The notes below the pieces were generated by a model. That model searched no databases. It was not told where the DNA came from and saw only the letters and a list, made by a program, of their open reading frames with translations. Both the position numbers and the translations under genes were made by a program. Below are positions 21,976 through 32,995 of a DNA stretch of 64,000 bases, one piece after another. The DNA comes from an uncultured Nitrososphaeraceae archaeon. GTDB taxonomy: Archaea > Thermoproteota > Nitrososphaeria > Nitrososphaerales > Nitrososphaeraceae. The DNA lies in the NCBI GenBank assembly GCA_963765895.1, contig CAVXZB010000023.1, forward strand, positions 160,001-224,000, written 5' to 3'. Within the stretch, counting starts at the first letter, position 1. The number at the start of each line of letters is the position of its first letter.

Positions 21976-22962
21976 GGGTATATACTTTGATAATCATGAT
22001 CTGACCCTAGGCAAATAGGAAAGTTTTGGGCAGATTATTGTTAGTTGCTTAACATTTTCGTGATGATTGGTATCTATCTTCAACCAATTATGTTTTTTGG
22101 TTCTTTCAGTTATAATGGAAGTTGCCGTTAATAGCCTACTAAATTATATGTATCCAAGTCTAGTATTTACTTTAATTCTTTTAACTTTTTTCCACCTGGA
22201 ATGAAATTGACTGAATCTCTAGCAAAATGGTGAAATTGTGGATACTGTCACCTCTAAAATTATTACAAATTGGCCTGCGAGTATCCAGTGTTATCACAAA
22301 TCAGTTTCATTTAATACTATCCTTCAAATTACAGGCTGACCGTTAATTTTTGTTATGTCTGCCATAATGCGTTTAGCTTTCCAGCATCTATTGTCTGTGG
22401 AAATAACACAACGGTGGTCGAAGATTATTATGTATTTTTCAAACCTGTGCTTGTTATAGATCATACAATAGATGCGGAATTGATATGAAAGCCCCTTCAG
22501 GCAAATTAACCGGTCGAATAGATAATTAGAGGTACAATTAGAGGTATACCCATTAGGCCTACATTAATTTGCCTGTGTAGTGTATAATTGCACCTCTGAG
22601 ATGATTGTTATTTATTATTATCTCTTATAGTATCAACGCTGTCTAACCAGATCTGTAAACTGACTGCGTCGTTATATAGCGGACCACGTCCTTATCATCA
22701 GAGCTAACAGCTGTATTTCAAAATTAAAGTCTTAGCTGATAATCAATATACTTACTTAACTGGGTAATTTTGTGAATTAAGGCGCCAAGATGGGGCTATA
22801 CAACCTCTCGCCTAGGGGCATCTAGATTCAGACCACTTACTAAATGGATAAGGCGCTAGCACTGTATTATTATACAGGCGCTACGATATACTATTATGAA
22901 GTATAAAGGTATTGTCTAATTCAACTTGGTAAGTCAGCACAGGCGCGCAGGATTACATTAGA

Positions 22963-23454
22963 ATGGCCGATATAACGCCTTGGAACCGCAACAAAAATTC
23001 TTCTAAAATTTCAAAAAGTGTTGACTCCATTTTTGACAAGCAAAAACAAAATGAATTTAAGCGCATAAATTTAGATAAACATCAATACAAAACTATTCTA
23101 ATTATTGATGACGAACCGGATATTCTCTATACTCTAAAATTAGCCTTGGAAAATAGCAACGAGAAATACCGAATCCATACATACAATAACCCCCTCTTGC
23201 TGTTATCTGAATTTAAATCAAATTATTATGATCTGCTTCTCGTTGACATTAATATGCCATTTATGAACGGATTTGAATTATCCAAAAAGATCTTGGAACT
23301 AGACCTCAATATCAGGATTTGTTTCATGTCTACTGGTGAGATAAATCTGTCTGCTCTTCGAGACGTTTATCCTGGAAGAAGCATGGGATGCTTCATAAAA
23401 AAACCCATCAAGATAAAGAATCTGATAAGGCTTGTGGAAACAGAATTAGATTGA
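22963..23454 (+). CDS. Response regulator receiver protein
   Basis: ILIIDDE, DINMPFMNG, KKP. Confidence 0.88.
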   Translation: MADITPWNRNKNSSKISKSVDSIFDKQKQNEFKRINLDKHQYKTILIIDDEPDILYTLKLALENSNEKYRIHTYNNPLLLLSEFKSNYYDLLLVDINMPFMNGFELSKKILELDLNIRICFMSTGEINLSALRDVYPGRSMGCFIKKPIKIKNLIRLVETELD

Positions 23455-23535
23455 GAACAAAGCGAAGGTTTAGTATTACCAAGCGTAAGTTACTGTCATT
23501 TATGTTTACAAAGAGTATTCAAATATTTTTATACA

Positions 23536-25466
23536 ATGAATGGAGTAGGAATTCCTATACATAAAATGGCCCCACTGACCACCGCTGCAGGAGAACGGGA
23601 TGCTGAGAACAAAAAGGTCGATATGGATGTTACACGAGTTTTTTATGGCGAAGAGGCCACCAGCAAGTCTTTGGAAGTTTTTTATAACGTCAAGGAAAAA
23701 TTTGATGCATGTGGAGATTCTATCTCACCGTCCGTTTGCATAGGCTTTGAACCGCTAAAGAAGGCATATCTTGACTTTAAACGAAGAGGAGTCAGGGTAC
23801 GTTTTGTTGCCGACATTAATACGATCAACGTACATTACTGTAAAGAGCTCTTGAATATTGTAACTGAGTACGACATTTAGACGGAATCATGGGCAACTTT
23901 GGAATTTGTGATGGTAGGGAGTATCTTGCTGCTGCAACTATAAAAGAGAAACAAGCGGTTCCTCAACTCATTTACAGTAATGTGAAGGAAGTAATAGAGC
24001 AACAGCAAAATATATTTGAAAGTTTCTGGCATAGGGCCACCCCAGCTGAGGAAAAAATTGCCGAAATAGAAGAAGGTATAGTTGTGGGTACAACAGAAGT
24101 ACTTCAAGATCCACAAATTACAAAAGAAACATTCGTAGATATGATAAAATCCGCCGAAAATGAAGTCTTATTGTTCTGTCCCACAGCCAATGCATTTCTT
24201 CGTGAACAACGCATTGGGATAATCGACCAAATGATCGAAGCGGCTACAACGAGAGGAAATTCCGTAAAGGCAAGGATCATAGTACCTACCAGCGATATTC
24301 TTGATACTATAATTGACCAGTTAAGAAAAATGAAATACAGTAATTTTGATATTCAATGTATAGATTATAGTGAATTTGCTGCAAGCGCAGTTACCACTAT
24401 AACTATTCTAGTAATCGATAGAAAATCAAGCTTGGTAATTGAAAAGCGAGATGATTCTAAAGAAAATTTTGTTGAAGCCATTGGCTTAGCTATTTTTTCC
24501 ACGAGCAATCCAACTGTCCTGTCGTATGTTTCAATATTTGAAAGTTTATGGAATCAAGTAAAAGTCTATGAACAATTAAAGTTGAATGATAAAATGCGGA
24601 AGGATTTCATTAATGTAGCAGCCCATGAGCTGCGAACTCCGATCGTGCCAATACTTGGTCTGTCTGAGATCCTATACTCCAAAATAATAAAGGATAGTAA
24701 TATATCTACAAATGATGATGCTGCGAAATCAAATACGAAACGATATTTAGAAATGTTAGACACGGTAATCAGGAATGCCAACCGTCTAAGTAGACTTACA
24801 GAAGACATACTCGATGTAACGAAAATAGAAAGCCAGGCTCTTAGACTGAAAAAAGAAAGATTTGATTTAGACGATGTCATTGTAAATATAGTTCAAGATT
24901 TTAAGGATCAGATAAAGAATATGAATACGAGCAGCATCAGGAGAGAGATACTGTACGAATCGCTAAAAAGCAATAACAAGGATAGATGTGCTTTTATTGA
25001 TGCCGACAAATCTAGGATATCTCAGGTGCTGTCCAATCTTATAAGCAATGCGATCAAGTTTACAGATGATAAAGGAAGAATTAATATCAAATTGGACATT
25101 GTAAATGATCAGGCGAAATTCAGAAACGGAACAACTAAAGAAACAAGTAAAGAAATTGAAAAAGATGGTAACAGAATTCTTATCGTGACAGTAGAGGATA
25201 ACGGACAAGGTATCGATCCCGAGGTATTTTCTAAATTATTTGTAAGGTTTGTCTCAAAATCATATCAAGGAACAGGACTAGGTTTGTTTATTTCGAAGAG
25301 TATTGTTGAGGCACATGGCGGGAAAATATGGGCAAAAAATAATATTAATGGTTCTGGAGGTGCAGCGTTCTCATTTACGATCCCAGCTTCTAGTATCGGA
25401 AAAAATTCTTTTCAGGAGGATCAGCTGCAAAAATTTTTACTTGAGCAGCAACAAGAACGAAAATAA
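23536..25466 (+). CDS. Thaumarchaeal sensor histidine kinase (apparent frameshift ~23868)
   Basis: AAHELRTP H-box, NLISNAIKF, DNGQG, GTGLGL; adding one G joins the two ORFs (EVRHLDGIMGNF). Confidence 0.88.
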
Positions 25467-25483
25467 CATTAGGTAAATTCATT

Positions 25484-25894
25484 ATGACTTCCAAAGATAA
25501 GGATACTAAGAGAAGGAGAAGAAGAAGTAACATGATCCTTGTAGTTGATGATGAACCTGACGCCAATATGACTCTGAGGACCCTTTTAGAAGAGAACGGT
25601 TTCGAAACCAATGCTTACACCGATCCTGTGTTAGCATTACAGGATTTTAGACCTGGCAAATTTGATCTTTTACTCTTGGATATTAAGATGCCTAAAATAG
25701 GCGGATTTGAATTATACCAGAAAATGAAAGAGATCGATAAAGAAGTCAAAGTCTGCTTTGTGACGGCCAGTGAATTATTTTATGAGGAATTTAGAGATAA
25801 TCGAGAAATAGACGAAAAATATTTCATTCTCAAACCTATGAAAAATGAAGAAATGATGAAACGATTCAACAATATATTAGATGAATACGAGTAG
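25484..25894 (+). CDS. Response regulator receiver protein
   Basis: ILVVDDE, DIKMP, FVTA, LKP. Confidence 0.9.
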   Translation: MTSKDKDTKRRRRRSNMILVVDDEPDANMTLRTLLEENGFETNAYTDPVLALQDFRPGKFDLLLLDIKMPKIGGFELYQKMKEIDKEVKVCFVTASELFYEEFRDNREIDEKYFILKPMKNEEMMKRFNNILDEYE

Positions 25895-26084
25895 ATCTAT
25901 TAAAATAGTATTGTATCATACATCATTAAAAGGTATTTTTACAATAGCTTGCTCAGATTAACTAGAAATTGACCACGGAACTAACCGATATAAGCATAAT
26001 AAAACATTTAGCCATATTAATAACAAAAACGCTCGCTGGCTTTATAGAAAATATCCTCAATATTATAAGATTAGTCAATCTATG

Positions 26085-27170
26085 TACTCTGTTGCATGAT
26101 TCTTACGTTATAAGTGATACTTATTTGACCAATTCTCATTTAGCTTTCTAGTGATGAGTATTTATGGTTGATTGGCCTTCCTATAATCAATCACTAGTAC
26201 GACATGGCCAAGTACTCTTTAGATTTTGACGTACTTGATGGATGGGATAATGAATTATCTCAAATGAACCACGGTAAGGTTGGTGAACCTTACAATTACC
26301 CATATTCATTTATGTGGCTACTAGGTTACATGAGAGCATATTTCCATCCATCTACCATATAGACAAACAGAAGGTGTAGTCATAGCTCATGCGAGTAAAA
26401 AAGTTCCAGGCATACCAGAGTATAGTGACCGATTAGTAGACGCATAAACAAACTGGAAATTAAAATCAATGAAAAATTAGGAAATGATATTATGATTGCT
26501 TTAGACAACTGGAATTAAGGTAGCTAATCGTGGAGAATGGATACGACACAAATTAGAAATGGCATGTTAAGAAAAGAAAGGATATCATTAAAGATACATC
26601 TGGCAGTAATGATATACATCAAGAGGGATAAAAAAGAATCTTTGAAGAGGTATAGAAGTAAAAGGAATAGATGATGGCAGAGAAATACCTAAAGAAGTTA
26701 GATATTACAGAGAACTAAAAAGTTATAGAATAATGCTTCTTAGACTAGAAAGGTAATATTAGTAGAGGAGGTATAATTTAAGCAGACGGTATGTACGATA
26801 GCAATAACAATTATTAGATACCTTATCAAAGAACCACATTAAACCTGGTATAAGAGACAAGAAGTAATTCCAAGGTTAGAATTGACTAATTGTCATGCCA
26901 GGAATAATGTCAAATACTAAAACAACTGAAGCAAACCTCAAAAGACTGGAAGATAAAGTAGCGTGAGCTACAACGGAGGTACAGAGTTGATAAGTAGAAA
27001 CAGCATTCTTGTCTATCAAAAGGATGTTTGGTGAACATGTAACCGCTAGAAAGTCTTCTAACATGGTAAAGGAGATTCTTCCTAAAAGACAACCCTGTAT
27101 AACGTGTTCAATAAAATGACATAACCATCGATTCGATAAGTGAAAATCCCCTTAAATCATGCAACAGACC
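26085..27170 (+). mobile_element. Degraded IS5-family (IS903-like) element with terminal inverted repeats and flanking direct repeat
   Basis: MVDWPSYNQSLVR...LPYRQTEG...DGMYDS...VETAFLSIKRMFGE with stops and frameshifts; TCTGTTGCATGATT(26088-101)/AATCATGCAACAGA(27155-68); AATCTATG at 26077-84 and 27172-79. Confidence 0.88.
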
Positions 27171-27615
27171 AAATCTATGCATATTGTAGGTATGCGTCTG
27201 AAATGATAATTCCCTGTGTTGTGTGCGTCTAGTCTAGAAGTCAAATGTTCTCCAAATAATATTTTCAGGGCTGATATTATTTTTCATCTTTGATTCGTCG
27301 ATTGTTTGATATTTTGGAATAACCGCATTTCATCTGCTTCTTTTATTTACCATGTATTCAAACTGTACATGTTCATACTGAGCTGAGATTCTAGTGAATA
27401 CATGTAAACTTTCGGTTTCAAATACAAAAGTATAGCAAAAAATTTGCTCAAAACTAGATCATGTGTTATGACGAAATGCCTACAGAATAACATGACGACT
27501 GTCTAATATCAATGCGAAGGAAGTGGATATGTCTAGAATGTAGGGATAGTTTGTATATAAATTAAATTCATGAAGAGATTTATTATAATATGCTCAGCAG
27601 TTTTTCTGCCTCCTG

Positions 27616-28143
27616 TCATTGAGATAAACGTGAAATCTGCGAGACCAATTTGTCTAGATCCTGAGTCCCAATCATGTCATATACGAGTGTTTGGCTTCGG
27701 AATAATTGAATTTCCGTGGGAGAACAGGACAGGAGTGGATAATGGGCAGTTGCCCCCAAAATTCTACCCTGTCCGTTTACCCCATTTTTATGCAGAGATA
27801 GTAATGCCTGGCCAGCTCTATGCCCCTTTACATCAGTACCACACACTATAATATGATGTAAACTTGGATTTTTTATACTGAACTTTATTATCTTATCTAT
27901 TCCCCTATTTTCGGATAGCAATCTGCCAACAATTAATATTTTGTTCATCAAGTTAGAAGTCTTCGCAATTTCTACTAGTAAATTCATACTCGAAAGAGTA
28001 CAAATGGCAATAGAGGATCCGTTTCCAAAGTAACATTCCTGTTTTATCGGTAGGATAATTTCGCATGCTTTCCCGGCGGCACTATCAATTTTCCTTTTTA
28101 CTATAGTGAATACGTCTTCACGAGTCTGTTGCTTAGAATACAT
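27616..28143 (-). CDS. MtrA-like corrinoid-binding protein
   Basis: AICTLSS, SENRGIDKII, CGTDVKGHRAGQAL, GRILGA, FRSQ. Confidence 0.82.
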   Translation of the reverse strand: MYSKQQTREDVFTIVKRKIDSAAGKACEIILPIKQECYFGNGSSIAICTLSSMNLLVEIAKTSNLMNKILIVGRLLSENRGIDKIIKFSIKNPSLHHIIVCGTDVKGHRAGQALLSLHKNGVNGQGRILGATAHYPLLSCSPTEIQLFRSQTLVYDMIGTQDLDKLVSQISRLSQ

Positions 28144-28472
28144 ACTATTTCCACAGACCTTTGAGGCTACTGCCGGCTTCTATTATATATTCGATGTTCA
28201 TACTACAATATCCGAAATTAATGCAAATGTCTAATCTATTTCTGGCTGGCAATTGGTGTGATGTAATGAAATCGAGTAATTAAATATTCAGCTTCAGCTT
28301 AATACACTGTGGGATTCACGCAAATCTTGCATCAAATCAATGTGGGGCTTGGCTAAAAACTAAATAATTCGCCCCAAAAATTGGTTCGGGATAAATAGCA
28401 GAATACACTCATAAAAATGACCTGAATAGTAAATGTATTATGATAGATATGTGGTTCTGATGCAGGAAAGTA

Positions 28473-29108
28473 TTGCCCCAAACCAAAATAAGGCTGATTA
28501 AAAGAGGTGCGGAGGCTGACATTTTTCTGGTCAGATGGTTTGGAGAGATGGCTATTTCAAAGATAAGAAAGCGCAAGCCCTATCGAAATGTATCATTGGA
28601 TAGCGAGATTCGCAAGAAAAGGACAGTTCATGAGGCCAATATGCTTTCCGCTGCAAAATTAGCGAATGTAACAACTCCGTTCATTTATTTTGTTGATCCC
28701 AAACACGCAGAGATCGTGATGGAACGGGTGGAAGGGGAGAACGCGAAGGATATAGTTGACTCCGAATTAGCGGCAGAAATTGGAAGGTATGCGGCCCGCC
28801 TGCATTCTCGAAATATTATTCACGGGGACCTTACAACTTCAAACTTTATTTTTAATAAGAAGGATTGCAAACTCACCGTAATCGACTTCGGACTATCTTA
28901 TTATTCTCAGCGTTTTGAAGACAAAGCTATCGATGTGCGTTTAATCAAGGAAATTTTCATGAGTGCCTACGCAAATGACTATGAACGCCTTTATTCTAGC
29001 TTTTTGGTAGGTTACAAAGATATTACTGGAGATGGTCTTACGACAGCCAGGATTTTAAGTACGGTTCAAGCGATTGAGAAAAGAGGCAGATATGCAAGAA
29101 TGACTTGA
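28473..29108 (+). CDS. bud32: KEOPS kinase/ATPase Bud32
   Basis: RGAEA, KPYR, IIHGDLTTSN, IDFGLS, EDKAID. Confidence 0.93.
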   Translation: MPQTKIRLIKRGAEADIFLVRWFGEMAISKIRKRKPYRNVSLDSEIRKKRTVHEANMLSAAKLANVTTPFIYFVDPKHAEIVMERVEGENAKDIVDSELAAEIGRYAARLHSRNIIHGDLTTSNFIFNKKDCKLTVIDFGLSYYSQRFEDKAIDVRLIKEIFMSAYANDYERLYSSFLVGYKDITGDGLTTARILSTVQAIEKRGRYARMT

Positions 29109-29329
29109 ATTATAGAGCTCGAGTAATAATAGATTGAAGTAATTTCTCAAAAGTCCTTTAATATCATTTTCATCAATACGAACGTGGCATGCATACACCA
29201 TTTATCAGCACCTTGTTTCAATTCTTTTTTAAGCCTATGTCAAGAACAATCTAAAGTGACGAAACTGACGTCGAATATGCCGACGAAAGTGACGGTATAT
29301 TTATATTCGCTATAACGACGAGGACCGCT

Positions 29330-30008
29330 CTTGAGAATTCCAATAGCTGAGGAAACAAGACAGGAGGTTGTGATGAAATGGCTTAGCGGATGGGCCAGGG
29401 ATAAAATCGCCTGAGAGATTGGTGTAGGCGCAGGTACTGTAACTAATATTATTGCAAAGTGGACTGAGGAGGTAGGAGACCCAACAGCTGGCTGCACTTA
29501 GGGAGTTGAGCGTAGAAATTCGAAGGGCCGACGAGGTCCGTGGATATATTTCAGGATTTGGATTAGGGATAGCTGCATCTTAACAGGCTAAAGGTAACTC
29601 TCCAGAATGGGGGGAGGCATAATTTTGATATTAATCAGATAGTACAGAAAATATCCAGTAATCAATTGCTATAGTATGAGGAGCAATAGTAGAAATTACT
29701 GAAGCCAGGGATAGCGACAGTTCGGATAGTAATGCGACTAACGTAGTCAAGCAATTTTTCGAACAAATCGAGGAATTCCTGGACTTCGAGTCTAGAATAG
29801 AGTCGCTTAAGAAAAAAAAGGTATTGAAGAGGCACGTAAAATGCTAATTAACGATATACGGGATTTTGTTGAACAGACAAAAAAGGATATAAAAGAGGTA
29901 TCCGAGCTGGCAATTATAGCCATTAAGTTGGCTCAAGAGGACAGGAGTGAAGTGGGCTCAATAACAGCAGAAATATCGCTGACAAGTGAAGTATTTTTTA
30001 AGGATTAA
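29330..30008 (+). pseudogene. Decayed HTH/coiled-coil protein gene
   Basis: IAEETRQEVVMKWLSGWARDKIA*EIGVGAGTVTNIIAKW...LRELSVEIR; stops and frameshifts. Confidence 0.55.
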
Positions 30009-30126
30009 GAATACATCCAGCGTAACCCCACCAAACGAGTGAGCCTCATCTGGCATACGTTGAAATATATTCAGTGGGCTAAACTTTCAGATCATTGTAC
30101 TTTTAATTTGACCTAGCCTAGTTTTT

Positions 30127-30708
30127 ATGGTTGCTATTGGTTTAAAGACTAGGGTGAAGTCGCTTAGCTTTGCTAGTACTAATGAGGATAAGTATATCGA
30201 AGTGAAATCGATTCTTCAGGCACATGATTTGGAGATCGCTTTCTGTAAACTAGATATTAGGGAAATTCAGTCAAATTCGATAGAGGAAATCGCACTTGAA
30301 AAATGCCGATATGCATTTTCAGAGATAAAGAGTCCAGTTATTGTAGAAGATGATGGATTGTTTATCAATAAGCTGAGTGGATTTCCAGGGCAATATTCTG
30401 CCTTTGTTTTCAAGACTATTGGTAACAAGGGCATTTTGGATCTACTTCGAAATTATGATGATAGAACTGCGTGTTTTGTTTCGATTATCACTTTTTGTAA
30501 TGGTCAGACACATCATATTTTTGATGGTAAGATTCACGGAAGGATAAATGAGAATATGACCGAGGGCGGCTGGGGATTCGATCCTATCTTTATTCCTATG
30601 AACAGTAATCTTACCTTTGGTCAATTACATAAGCTTGGAAGAAAGCAAGTATATTCCCATCGATCTATAGCTCTTACTCAGTTTGCGAAATGGTATAAAA
30701 TGCAATAA
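30127..30708 (+). CDS. rdgB: Non-canonical purine NTP pyrophosphatase (HAM1/RdgB)
   Basis: ASTNEDK, EIQS, EDDGL, GFPG, GWGFDPIF, SHR. Confidence 0.92.
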   Translation: MVAIGLKTRVKSLSFASTNEDKYIEVKSILQAHDLEIAFCKLDIREIQSNSIEEIALEKCRYAFSEIKSPVIVEDDGLFINKLSGFPGQYSAFVFKTIGNKGILDLLRNYDDRTACFVSIITFCNGQTHHIFDGKIHGRINENMTEGGWGFDPIFIPMNSNLTFGQLHKLGRKQVYSHRSIALTQFAKWYKMQ

Positions 30709-30898
30709 ACACAACATGGAGAAAATTAAACGATAAATAGGATGCAGTATATTTATTATAAATAAACCTAATTTATGATACTTAAATTTTATTTATCAGA
30801 CGATTCTATACAATAAACTATAACATAGTAACATGAAATTTGTCTCTCCGAAAATTATTCATAATGCTTATATAAAATGCTATCAACTACATGTCTTA

Positions 30899-31093
30899 AT
30901 GAACAGAAATCTAAAAGTTGCAACATTGGGTGTAATACTAGCAGCAGCATTGGCCTTTGGTATCGTGGCTACAGTCGGTATCGTGACAACAGGAAATCTA
31001 GTTGCTCCAGTACATGCTCAAGGCAACATGAGCGGTGGCGGCGGTAATGCAACCAGCGGCGGCAACATGACCGGCGGCAACATGACGAAATAG
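30899..31093 (+). CDS. Small secreted Gly/Asn/Met-rich peptide (64 aa)
   Basis: Signal peptide ending VHA|QGNMSGGGGNATSGGNMTGGNMTK; TTATATAA box upstream; T-tract downstream. Confidence 0.75.
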   Translation: MNRNLKVATLGVILAAALAFGIVATVGIVTTGNLVAPVHAQGNMSGGGGNATSGGNMTGGNMTK

Positions 31094-31177
31094 AAAGACT
31101 CTTAATTCTTGTTGAATCAGGAATAAGAAACATCCTTTTTTTATTTGACTTTTTTGGAATTATAATAATTCTTGCGT

Positions 31178-31422
31178 GCTGGAGAAGATTATGAAGCGTA
31201 TTATCAATGATCTTTTTGATCCTGATCAGTCTTCAATCAATATTTTTCTCTCGAAGTTAGCATTTGACGGAGTCCAAGCTTCGACTAGCCAGATTAACGT
31301 AGGTAAAATCCGATACCTTACTTTGTGCTTTGCTGGGTTTTCCGGCGGCATTAATAAGTTCTTTACCATTAAACGTTTGAGGAATCAAGGTTCAAACTGA
31401 GAAATTTCACGTGATTTCCTCA
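31178..31422 (+). ncRNA. Candidate multi-hairpin RNA between the peptide gene and nirK
   Basis: Consecutive stems 31251-58/31277-84, 31301-05/31314-18, 31330-37/31341-48 (G-U rich), 31378-87/31412-22. Confidence 0.35.
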
Positions 31423-31723
31423 TAATTCAGTATATTTAATCTGCTTTATTTAGCTAGCGACTAATTGTGTAAACTGATTGTCCAGCGATTCCTATAGACT
31501 TCTTTCCCATTATCAATATTTCTCTCGGAGATCGATTCCTGCTCGATAAATCGATAGGTAATCAGGATTTGTCCCCTTACAAAATTTGTTAAAATCTTGT
31601 ATAGTGTAAAAATTTAAAAAGAATAAAAATTTAAGATAAAGGAAGATTTTTTCTTCCCCTATCTCATGCAGTTATTAGCTAACTTACCAGCTAATTACTC
31701 TGCTTAACGACCGCCAGTTACGG

Positions 31724-32832
31724 TCATTTCTTTGGTTGTTGTTCACCTGAAACCATGCTGCTACCCTTTGGAGGTACCCAGGTTCCTGATGGATGGTCTG
31801 TATCTGTTGCGTTACTAGTGGCCAGGACTGCAAATGCACCACCCTTTACCACATCAGATAACGCGTGTGTTACTCCAACATAGAGTCCAGGCTGTGGGAA
31901 TGTCAATTCAATCACAGAACCTGATCCTGGTGGAATAGTCCAAGTATCATCGTTCTTGTCTACCGTGCCGTAATCATTATTTTGACCATTACTGCCATCA
32001 CGGACGGTTAATATGCTTCCGATGAAGTGGAACGCAAGGAAGTGATTAGGACCGCCATTTGCAATATACCATCTTGTAAGTTCATTTGGCTTCACAGTGA
32101 ACACTGAAGCATTCTTGTTTAATTCAATCTTTGCGACCTTTCCAATTGCTGGTACGTATTTAAATGCTAGACCATTTGTCAGTTCTAGATCGTTATTATT
32201 AGCCAAGAAACTGCTAATATTGAAATTCGCTGGACCAGTTTGGTTCTTGCCAGAAAGTGGAGCTGGGATATTTGAGCCATATATTTCACCGAAAGCTACA
32301 TAGAATTCTTTAGCCTTTTGTTCATTTGTTGGATGTACAACTATTCCGCCATACATTCCACTTGCAATGTGTTCCCATATTCCGTTGAGTGCATCAGCAC
32401 TACAATGATAGAAGAAGAATCCCGGTATAGCACCTACAAGACTCCATGATTTGGATTGACCTGGTGAGACTGGACCAGAATTTCAGCATTAGTTCCAAAC
32501 CCGGCATGGAAGTCCATGCTGTGAACAAGCTTGCCCTTGTTAACAAGGGTCATGGTTAGATTATCACCTTGATCAATAGCAACTATAGGAGCTGGAATTG
32601 AACCATTGAACACCATTGCATTGTACTTTATTCCCCCAGGATGCAGAGCATTATCTGGAGCTACTTGAATTTGTTTTTCTGTTGCGATAAAAGTCACATG
32701 TTTTTGCTTGCCCGCCGGTGGAGCTTGAGCATAGGCAAAATTAGACTGGGACTTTAATAGAATAGAAGGACCTACTATTAATCCCACTGCCAATACTCCT
32801 GCCATTAGGGCGGATAGAATTAGACGATTCAT
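31724..32832 (-). CDS. nirK: Copper nitrite reductase NirK / two-domain multicopper protein (apparent frameshift ~32485)
   Basis: Signal peptide; HSMDFH, FYHCSADALNGIWEHIASGMYG, FHFIG, VTHA Cu-ligand motifs; adding one base joins the halves. Confidence 0.88.
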
Positions 32833-32995
32833 TAGTTCGAGTGTTATCTAGTCGTCATATAAAACATTTACTGGTGACATTGATGTATGACATTACACAA
32901 TAAGGATAATCGCTAGGTTGTAAGAGTATATAGAGAAAAATATTCAACTATATGTCAAAGTGGCAGACTATAAGGTTAAAAATAGTGCTGTTTTT

